From Mobula hypostoma (lineage: Eukaryota): a DNA stretch of 64,000 nucleotides. How positions within the stretch are numbered: the stretch's first letter is position 1; every line of letters begins with the position of its first letter. This document shows, piece by piece, positions 51,118 through 61,390 of this stretch. The stretch is from the NCBI RefSeq assembly GCF_963921235.1, contig NC_086097.1:142416001-142480000 (forward strand), written 5' to 3'. The notes beneath the pieces are model-generated. The model was not told the DNA's origin and ran no database searches. It saw only the letters and a list, made by a program, of their open reading frames with translations. Made by a program: the position numbers and the translations under genes.

Positions 51118-52722
51118 GACACAAAATACCCTGCAGATGCTGGGATCAAAGCAACACTCACAACATGCTGGAGGAACTCAGCAGGTCGGGCAGCATCCGT
51201 GGAAACGATGAGTTGACATTTCGGGCCGGAACCCTTCGTCAGGACTGTAGGGGGAAGGGGCAGAGGCCCTATAAAGAAGGTGGGGGAGGTTGGGAAGGAG
51301 AAGGCTGGTAGGTTCCAGGAGAAAAACCAGTAAGGGGAAAGATAAAGAGGTGGGGGAGGGGAAGCAGGGAGCGGATAGGCAGGAAAAGTGAAGAAGGAAT
51401 AGGGGAAAACACAATGGGTAGTAGAAGGAGGCAGAACCATGAGGGAGATGATAGGCCGCTGGGGGAGGGGGCAGAGGGGGAGGGAATTACCGGAAGTTGG
51501 AGAATTCTATGTTCATACCAAGGGGCTGGAGACTACCTAGACGGTATATGAGGTGTTGCTCCTCCAACCTGAGTTTAGCCTCATCATGGCAGTAGAGGAG
51601 GCCATGTATGGACATATCTGAATGGGAGTGGGAAGCAGAGTTGAAGTGGGTGGCTACCGGGAGATCCTGTCTGTTGTGGCGGACGGAGCGGAGGTGCTCG
51701 ACGAAGCAGTCCCCCAATCTGCGTCGGGTTTCACCGATGTAGAGGAGGCCACACCGGGAGCACCGGATGCAATAGATGACCCCAACAGACTCACAAGTGA
51801 AGTGTTGCCTCCCCTGGAAGGACTGTTTGGGGCCCTGAATGGTGGCAAGGGAGGAGGTGTAGGGACAGGTGCAGCACTTACGCTTACAGGGATAAGTGCC
51901 GAGTGGGGGATCCGTGGGGAGGGATGTGTGGATAAGGGAGTCGCGGAGGGACCGATCCCTGCGGAAGGCGGAGAGGGGTGGAGAGGGAAAGATGTGCTTA
52001 GTGGTGGGGTCCTGTTGAAGGTGGCAGAATTTGCGGAGGATAATGTGCTGGATCTGGAGGCTGGTGGGGTGGTAGGTGAGGGCAAGGGGAACTCTGTCCC
52101 TGTTGTGGGGTGAGGGCCAAAGTGCAAGAAATGGAGGAGATGCGGGTGAGGGCATCATTGATGACGATAGAAGGGAAATCATGATCCTTAAAGAAAGAGG
52201 ACATTTGAGATGTCCTGGAACGGAAAACCTCATCCTGGGAGCAGATGCAGTGGAGACGGAGGAACTGGGAATAGGGAATGGCATTTTTGCATGTGGCGGG
52301 GTGGGAAGAGGTATAGTCGAGGTAGTTATGAGAGTCAGTGCACTTGTAGAAGATGTCAGTGGACAGTCTGTCTCCAGAGATGGAGACTGAGCGATCTAGA
52401 AAGGGGAGAGAAGTGTCTGAGATAGACCAAGTGAATCTGAGAGCTGAGTGGAAGTTTGAAGTAAAGTCGATGAAATTGACGAGCTCAGCATGGGTGCAGG
52501 AAGCAGCACCAATGTAGTCGTCAATGTACCAAAGGAGAATTTGGGGAGCAGTGCCAGAATAGATTTGGAGCACAGACTGTTCCACATAACCAACGAAGAG
52601 GCAGGCATAGCTGGGGCCCATGCGATTTCCCATAGCTACACCCTTAGTCTGAAGAACCAGTTGACGGAACTGGTTCTCACACCTAATAACTTCTCTTTTG
52701 GCTCTTCCCACTTTCCTCAGAC
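51118..52722 (-). mobile_element. Penelope-like retroelement (RT + GIY-YIG endonuclease), 5'-truncated with an inverted 5' end
   Basis: KGVAMGNRMGPSYACLFVG, WYIDD, LPFLD; GVIYCIRC..LLYIGET..EHLRSV; frameshift near 52110; terminal repeat 51118-51486. Confidence 0.93.
51211..51246 (-). ncRNA. Minimal hammerhead ribozyme motif (CpG-decayed) in the Penelope terminal repeat
   Basis: AGTC-CTGACGA-A-GGG-TTCCGG-CCC-GAAA-T-GTC-AACT. Confidence 0.65.
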
Positions 52723-54999
52723 ATGATCGAATGGCGGTGTAGACTTGACAGGCTGAATGGCCAAATTCTGCTCTGTTTCATAGTCTAAAGTGGAGGTAGA
52801 TACACTTTTGAAAGATTGGAGAATTGAGAGTATATGGGGATCTGGCAGAAAGGAAGAGGTGAAGTCTGGATTAGATCAGACAAAAACCATGCTGAACACC
52901 AGGGCAGGGTTGAGGGACAAGTTAGCCTCCTGCTACTCTAATTTTTTTTAATGTTATTGTGTGTTTTCTTGTGTCTTTTTTCTCTGTATTACCAGAAGCC
53001 TGGAATTGGTGTTACCTATTAATCAAATTTATCTTTTACCCTTCTGCCACCTACCTTTTACTCTCCTTCACTGGAGCCTCCATTGGCCTTAAACTTGGAA
53101 ATGATTGCTACTGAAATTAAAAGAATAGGAACAGGAGCAACAATGAATGTGCACAGTTACTGCAAGATAAAGTTATCTAACCTTGTCTCCAGTTAGTCAT
53201 AGTCATAGTCATACTTCATTGATCCCGGGGGAAATTGGTTTCTGGATCAGATTTCCCAACTGAGATCTAATAGTTACTTTCCATCTTCCTGTTTAATGAC
53301 ATTTAACCCTTTGAAAGATACGTTTAAATCCAGTAACAATTTTCATATATATATATATAAGATCAAAGTACTCTGTAAAGAAAAGAAGTACAGACTTTAA
53401 ATTGTAGAGCAATTCTCTCATGTGATTATTGCAAATGATTTATTGTTATTTTTGACTAAATATTCAGCTTGAGAGGAAATCAATGATGTCTTGCAAGAGA
53501 AAATAAGAAAGAACCTTTTGTAAATGGCACCCCAGAGAGGTGATACGCAAATATTCTAATCTGTTCAGTCCATGAGTTCTTTGCTCCTTGCAAGTTAACT
53601 CTTTCAGTGATTAGAATTCTATCATTAAGCTCACTGTGCCTGGCCAAAGATGGTGAAAATCCCAATATAGTTCTTATTCCTAATCACGAGTGAGTCATTC
53701 TCGTGTCTTGACCTCAGGAAGGTGAGAGAATGTCAGCTCTAATATCATCCATTGGCTGAACAGCCAGACAACATTGTCTAGGTTCACACAGGGAGAATGA
53801 TCATTAAGAAAATATTTTGAGGATCACAAGAGCTGACAAAATAATACTTTAGAAAAGAGAATTGAATCCAGGTGTCATCCACCCTCTAAAACTTGTCTAC
53901 TGAAGGACTAGTTTTTAGTAAATGCTATATTAATATTTAAAAAATGGGTAAACGTAGATGAACAATATACTTCAGTGTTTGAACTTTCATTCCGACAACA
54001 GTTAATGTTTCACAGCGGGAAACCTAAAATGTGTCAAGTCTCTTTCGGCTCAAAATGATGTCACACCAAAGTCATCCAATGCTGCTGGAATTATCAAAAT
54101 GCTGGCACAAAATGCTCCTCCTCTCCCCTTCCCTTCCCTTGGAGCCTGTGACATGCCTGATGAAAGCTGTTTAAATAGCCTGCTCCACATCTTCAGTCCA
54201 ATTCTGGACTTTCCCCTGGGAGGCACCTGACATTTGTCCTCTCAAAGACATCCAGATTGATGACAACAGTAGTTACTACCCAGCCCCACAGCAAATGACC
54301 TTTTATTTTTAGTAAAAATATTCTGGAAGCTTCTGGCAGATTCTATGCTTTGTCTAATGTACTGAATAAAAGGGTAGCAAAGCATTCAAAATTCCAACAG
54401 ATTCTTCCCAATTTTTTATATTTCTTGATCACATTGCCCTCACTTTCCTCAAATTTTTGTTATTCTGCAAAGTCAGATTATCATTGCTATCTCACATTGA
54501 ACCCAATGGAAAATGTCATTATGATAGTGACATGGGTGAGAGTCCAGGCCAGAACATTCTCCAAGCCATGCCTCCATTCAGTGCAACTCCAGATGGAAAT
54601 TTACAGCTACAGATTTTACTGTCTGGACTCACTGTAAGGAACATGACTTACTCTTTTCCATTATCTGTGCTGTGAAACTCTTGCCTCAGTTTTCATTTTA
54701 TTGTATCATTTGCAGGATTTTAAAACCAAATGGAATTTTATTATTTTCCCCAAGATTCAGATGATAAGTTCTAAAAGCTGGTGTGTGCCTTGTATCACCT
54801 TCCCTTTGAGTTAACTTCATTTTGGGAGCCAACAAAGTAGCATCTCATTAAACAGAACAACCAATAAGCAATGACCAGTAACAATAATAAATTTTGCAAA
54901 CCTGCAGGGAGCACTGCCACGCGAAAGCAGCATCCATCATCAAAGACCCCACCATCCAGGCCATGCCCTCTTCTCACTGCTGCCATTAGGAGGGAGGTA

Positions 55000-57330
55000 C
55001 AGTTCAAAAGTTCAAAGTAAATTTATTATTGAAGTACAGACAGTATATGTCACCATCCTCAGATTCATTTTATTGTGGGCATACTCAATAAATACACAAT
55101 AAGGGAAAGACAGCACCAACTTGGGCATTCAACCACTGTGCAAAAGACAACAAACTGCAAATGCATAAATAAATAAACAAACAAGCAAGCAAGCAATCAG
55201 TAAGTATCAAGAACATGAGATGAAAAGTCCTTAAAAGTGAGTCCATAGGTTGTGTGACAGCTCAGTGATGGGGTGAGTAAAGTTATCCCCTCTGGTTCAA
55301 GAGCATGATGGTTAAAGGGTAATAACCTTTAACCTGAACCTGGTGGTGTGGGTCCTGAGGCTCCTGTATTTCTTCCTGATTGCAGCAGCAAGAAGAGAGC
55401 ATGGCCTGGGTGGTGGGTGGTGGGTGGTCGCTGATAATGGATGCTGCTTTGCTGCAACAGTGCTCTGAGTAGATGTGCTCAATGGTGGGGAGGGTTTTAC
55501 CCGTGATGGACTGGGCTGCATCCACTAATTTTTGTAGGATTTTAATTCAAGGGCATTGGTGTTTCCATACTAGGCTGTGATGTTACCGGTTAATATACAC
55601 TCCACCACACATCTGTAGAAGTTGGCCACAGTTTTAGATGTCATGCTGAATCTTCGCAAACTTCTAAGGATGAAGAGGTTTTGTCCTTCGTTTCTTCATA
55701 AAAGCACTTACTGTACATACTGGGTCCAGGACAGATCCTCTGAAATGATAACACCAAGGAACTTAAAGTGGCTGACCCTCACCACCTCTGATTCCCGATA
55801 AGAATTGGCTCATGGGCCTCCAGTTTCCACATCCTGTAGTCAATAATCAGCTCCTTGGTCTTGCCGACATTGAGTGAGAGGTTGCTGCTGTGGCACCACT
55901 CAGCCAAATTTTGAATCTCCCTCCTGCAGTATATGCTGAATCATCCCCACCTTTGATTCAGCCAGCGACAGTGATGTCAGGCGCAAACATAAATGAGGCA
56001 TTGGAGCTGTGCTAAGCCTCACAGTCATAAATATAAAGTGGGTAGAGCAGAGGGATAAGCAAACAAACTTGTGGTGCACCTGTGCTGATGGAGATTGTGG
56101 ATGACAATTGTTGAGGCAGGTTACCAAGTGTTTCTTAGGCATTGGTATAATTGAAGCCTGCCTGAAGCTGGTGAGTGCCTCTAACTGGTGATGCAAGAGG
56201 CCAAAGATATCAGTGAACATTCCAGTTAGTTGATCAGCACAGGTCTTTAGTGGTCAGCCAGATGCTTTCCATGGGTTCACCCTCCTGAAGGATGCTCTCA
56301 TGTTGACCTCAGGTTCTGAAATCATGGGGTCATTGGGGGCTGTGGGATTTCATAAAGGTTCTTCCATGTTTTGATGGTTAAAGTGAACATAGAAGGCATT
56401 GAGCTCACCTGGCGGTGAAGCCTTGTTGTCACCCATGTCATTTGATTTCACTTTGTCAGAGGTGATAGCGTTCAAATCTTGGAATAGCTATCGAGCATCC
56501 TTCAGTTATTCAAGTTTGATCTGGAATTGCCACCGCACATGAGGTGGTCTTCTGTGGATTGTACATGGACTTCTTGTATCTTACTTGGTTGCCAGACCTG
56601 AATGCCATTGATCTAGCCCTCAACAGATTGCTGAAATCATGATTCTTCCAGGGCTTTTGGTTGGGGAAGACTCTGAATGATTTTGTAGGGGTACACTCAT
56701 CTACAATTGTTTTTATAAAGTCCATGACAACCATGGTGTATTCCTTCAGATCTTCAGAAGCTTCCTTGAACACGGCCCAATCCACTGATTCAAAGCAATC
56801 CCATAACCACTCCTCTGCCTCCCGCAACCACCTCTTTGATGTCCTTATCTCTGGAGCTTTGCTCTTTAGTCTCTCCCTGTATGCAGGTAGAAGATCTGCC
56901 AAATGATCAGACTTCCCAAAGTACAGTCTACCCATTGCTATATGTTGTATAGCAGTGGTCAGGTGTGTTGGGACCGCTGGTGCTGCAGATATGTTGATGG
57001 TAACTGGGCAGAGATTTCTTCAAACAAGCCTGATTGAAGTCCCCAAATATGGTTTGAAATGTGTTGGAGTATGCTCTTTTTTGTTTGCTGATAACATTTG
57101 ATAGCATTCGATATTTTGAGTGTCTGATTAATGTTGGCTTTTGCTGGTATGTAAACTACGGTCAGGATTACAGAGGAGAACTCTCTTGGAAAGTCGAACG
57201 GTTGGCACTTAATCATTAGATGTTCCAGGTCAGGGAACAAGAGTGCAACAAGACCACTCCATCCAAGCACGACAAAACTTATTATGAAACACAGACACCA
57301 CCACTTTTTGCCTTCTCTGAATCAGTAGCG
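55000..57330 (-). mobile_element. Rex1/Babar-type LINE, long degenerate fragment (APE + RT)
   Basis: DLEHLMIKCQPFDFPREFSSVILTVVYIP, FGKSDH, CFESVDWAVF, FPNQKPW, ASIIPMPKK; tail TTTACTTTGAACTTTTGAAC. Confidence 0.85.
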
Positions 57331-57491
57331 CTTGAGGGGAAATTATAGGCTACAGGTAGCAGTGAGAATAATTCAAAAGAGGTATATTTCAAAGTTTTGT
57401 AAGCAGTCCACAACACATTACCGTGGTTCATCGGCATCAGCTTGGAACGTTTCAGGTCTCAGCCTGAAGCATCAAAACTTTATTCCTGCAA

Positions 57492-57633
57492 ACAACAGGA
57501 ATTCTGCAGATGCTGGAAATTCAAGCAACACACATAAAAGTTGCTGGTGAACGCAGCAGGCCAGGCAGCATCTCTAGGAAGAGGTGCAGTCGACGTTTCA
57601 GGCCGAGACCCTTCGTCAGGACTAACTGAAGGA
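57492..57633 (-). mobile_element. Penelope-terminus mini-insertion, CpGs largely retained
   Basis: Homologous to 51118-51246, with no adjoining coding sequence. Confidence 0.8.
57588..57623 (-). ncRNA. Minimal type I hammerhead ribozyme motif, intact core
   Basis: AGTC-CTGACGA-AGG-GTCTCGG-CCT-GAAAC-GTC^GACT: stem I AGUC/GACU, CUGANGA and GAAA boxes, short stem II, GUC cleavage triplet, palindromic ACGU at stem III. Confidence 0.8.
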
Positions 57634-59005
57634 AGTATCTTGTATCTAACACATGCTGTGAGATGTTTTGTGAAACAGTTATGCAGAACATGATGTACTG
57701 AATTTCCAGCTGGAAAATTAAAGAAAAAAAATCAGAGATATTGAGGAAGATCTAGTACAGAATCACTTTGCGTCTGAACTCAATGACTTTAGAGCAAAGT
57801 TCCTACATTCTTCCATGATTATTATGTGAAATTACTTCATCCAAATGTATAAGTAAAGTTTACCTTTAGAGTCCCTGATCCTGGTATACTTGCTCTAAGT
57901 TTATCTTTCCAATGTTAAACTGCACTGTCAAAAATCCCATCACATTGGCTCACAGATATACCATATATCACCGTTTCTTACATCTTGTAGATATATGAAG
58001 TACAAAGGAAAAATGAAAGCCTCATTATCTATTGAGGTCACAGGATGGCTTATCCCAGCCAGGCACCAATCATTAAATAAGCAAATAAGGAGTTATTTTT
58101 AAGCATTTGCTTATGTGAAATAGATATCACTGATAAAGTTAGTACTTTTGTTCATCCCAAATTGTCCTTGATAACCATTGCAGTTCTTCTGATGATGTTG
58201 GTTTGGATTTCCAGAATTTTGCTTCAGCAACATAAAGGAAAGGTAATATACTCCGAAATCAGGACACAGATTCTTCCCAGTTTATAAACTCCTCCCTTAT
58301 GCATAGCCTGTACATCTGAACAAGCATTTGGAGCACTGCTGGCTAAAAGTGCTGGCTGCTGGGGAGTTGGCAGGTGACGGTTCTTAACACTGGCTGGAAG
58401 TCACCACATTGCACCCAAGAAAAATACTTTCTAATTGACATGTTGATACCTGTTTTGCAAACCCTATAAGAGACGTGTCATTCAGGCCCCTGTCTACAGC
58501 AAAAATCTTTTAAAAGAATATCATAGTTAGCCAGAGACAGGCTTAGGATAAATTGTTAATATCAGCTTTGCCATTAAGAGCAAAACCAGAATTAAAATGC
58601 TTCTTCAGATTACCTATTCCTATGGGACAACCCACCTCTGTAGGCATCTTCTGCTGTGAGAACTTGGTTTGTTGCGACATTTCTAACTTGTGACCTGGTC
58701 AGATTAGGTACAGTTCTCAGGAATGGAACCTTTCTGTAACCTGGGGAGGATTAACTGGATGTTACTTTTAGTCTTGTTAATTTCTCCAATACCATTCTTT
58801 TAGTATCACTAATTTATTTCAGCTTTCATTTTAAGTGGACCTGCTGCTCTTCGATTTCCTCATCCCCCCCCCCCCCGTAGAACTGTTGCTTCAGTTTTAA
58901 AATTATGGGATTGATGTGAGCATATTTTTTCCAACAGACGGATGTATCTTGGAAAAATCAGTTGACACTGAAACCCAATGCTTTAATTTAATCTGCTTAT
59001 TGGAT

Positions 59006-59314
59006 TAAATTTAAAGGCATCCATTAGTCTTGCGAGACCATGGATCTGTGCCTGGAAAGTTTTCACTCTCCAGGGCGCAGGCCTGGGCAAGGTTGTATGG
59101 AAGACCAACAGTTGCCCATGCTGCAAGTCTCCCCTCTCCACGCCACCAATGTTGTCCAAGGGAAGGGCAAGGGCCGATACAGCTTGGCACCAGTGTCGTC
59201 GCAGTGCACTGTGTGGTTAAGTGCCTTGCTCAAGGACAACACGCTGCCTCGGCTGGAGCTCAAACTAGCGACCTTCAGATCACTAGTCAAATGCCTTAAC
59301 CACTTGGCCACGAC
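59006..59314 (-). mobile_element. tRNA-derived SINE with RTE-like tail
   Basis: Head GTCGTGGCCAAGTGGTTAAGGC (A box) ... AGTTTGAGC (degenerate B box), central GTCCTTGAGCAAGGCACTTAACC; probable TSD CTTATT(G/A)GAT (58996-59005, 59315-59324). Confidence 0.75.
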
Positions 59315-59509
59315 CTTATTAGATAGCCTGCCATATATGATGTAGACCAGAGAGGATGAAAATGAAAAATTTCAAGAATGCACCAAATTTTCAGTAAGTA
59401 GCAGAGTAAATTTGCTAAACATACCGCAGGCTACTTAAACTCCTTTTCTGTTAGCGTGATGAAACTCAGAAGCACGGAAGCCACAATCCCAGCCACACTA
59501 GTGCTGGTC

Positions 59510-61390
59510 CTAAAACATAAAACAGTGCAGCACAGCTACAGCTCTTCAGCCCACGATGTCTATGCCAAACACAATGCCAAATTAAACTCACCCCAGCTGC
59601 CTGCACAGGGCCTACATCCTGCACAACTGTGTAAGATTATTAAATGGCTCCCCGGTGTGAGGGGCTCTTGACCGCGCGATCCACCTTATAATGATCTTGC
59701 ACTTTGTTATCTACCTGCATTGCACATTCTCTGTAGCTGTTTGACTTTAAACTGAACTGATATTATTTTACCTTATTCTACCTCAATCCACTATGTAATG
59801 ATTTCATCTGTGCGAACAGTATGGAAGACAAACTTTTCACTATATCTCAGTACATATGATGATAAGCCATTTCCAAACCTTCCATATTCATGAGCCTGTC
59901 TAAATGACTCTTAAGCATCACTGTTGCATGTGCTTCCACTACCTTCCCTGGCAGTACGTTCCAGGTACTTACCACTCTCATACAGTGAATGAGTGATGAG
60001 TGTTCCGGACAGGGGGACCCATGTGCATGTGCAGTGTTTGCTGAAAGCAGCCTTACAAATAGACAGGGTGGTGAAGAAGCAACACACACAAAATGCTGGA
60101 GGAACTCGGCAGGCCAGGCAGCAACTAGGAAGAGTACAGTCAACGTTTCAGGCCGAAACCCTTCGGCAGAGTGGTGAAGCAAGTGCTCAGCATGCTGGTC
60201 TTCATCAGTTATGGCACCAAGTTTATGAGTAAGGACATTTATTGCAGTTATACAAAATACTGGTGAGGCCGCAGTTGAAGTATTGTGTACAGTTTTGGTC
60301 ACACTATTAGAGAAAAGACATTGTCAAGCTGGAGAGGGTGCAGAAAGACTACAGGGCCCAAGTTATAGGTGAGAGAGGGTAGTCACATTGGACCTTATTC
60401 CCTGGAGTGCAGGAGAAAAAGGGGTGAACTCATAGGTTCATAATACCATGAGGGGTGTAGATAAAGCAATAGCCTTTTCCCCCAGGACTGGGGAGTCCAA
60501 AACTAGATGGCACAGATGCAAAATAAGAGGGGAGAGACTTATGGAACCTGAGAAGTAACTTCTTTACACAGAGGATAGTGAGTACCTTAAATGAGTTGCC
60601 AGAGGAAATGGTCAGGGCGGGTACAATCACAACACTAAAGAGGCACTTGGATGGGTTGATGGAGGGGAAAGGCTAGGAGGGTTATGGAACAAACATGAAC
60701 AACTGGAACCAGCCAGTAAAGTGCTGTGGTCAGCATGGACCAGTTGGGCCAAAGGTCTTGTTTCTGAGCTGTACAACTCTTGACTATATAACTCTGGAAT
60801 AATCTTGCCTTCTAAACCTCCTTTAAGGTTTTCCCCTCTCAACTTAAAAGTTATACCCTCTGGTGTTTGACATTTCCACCCTGCGAAAATGGCTACCTAT
60901 GCTTCTCATAATTTAGTATACTTTATAAGTGGCCCCTCAGCCTCTGATACTTAAGAGAAAATAACCCAAGTTTGTCCATCCTCTTCTTATAGGTATACTT
61001 TCAAATCCAGGCAACATCCCAGACAGATCCTTCTGCACCCTTTCCAAACCCTCCACATTCTTCTTGTAAAATGACCCAACAGCAAACAATAATCAAAATG
61101 CAGCCTAACCAAAATTTTATACAGTTGCAACATGACTTCCGTATATTTACACCCAACTCCCTGACTGAAGGTTAGGGCACCTTGACCCTCCTTTGCCACC
61201 CTATACACTTGTGTTGCTATTTCCAGCGACTAAGGACTACTACCGCAAGATTACAATGTACACCAGTGCTCATAGGGTCCTGCCATTTACTGTATACTTT
61301 GCTCTTACACTTGACTCCCAATAATACAACATCTTACATACTTGTAGGCTTAAATTCCATTTTCCATCTGAATTTCCAACTGATTTTTAC
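59510..61390. mobile_element. Cluster of CR1 fragments in both orientations with nested inserts
   Basis: Minus about 59510-59990 (with a LINE-tail insert at about 59650-59855), plus about 60005-60795, minus about 60800-61390 (EVMLQLYKILVRLHFDYC). Confidence 0.7.
60077..60170 (-). mobile_element. 94-bp Penelope-terminus mini-insertion inside a CR1 fragment
   Basis: Flanked by the direct repeat GTGGTGAAG (60068-60076, 60171-60179); minus strand starts TCTGCCGAAGGGTTTCGGCCTGAAACGTTGACT. Confidence 0.8.

Noticed and set aside
51622..52425. Plus-strand ORFs (163, 104 and 71 aa)
   Set aside because: Antisense shadows of the Penelope coding region.
59240..59314. tRNA gene
   Set aside because: Degenerate B box and continuation into a SINE body with TSD; it is a SINE head.
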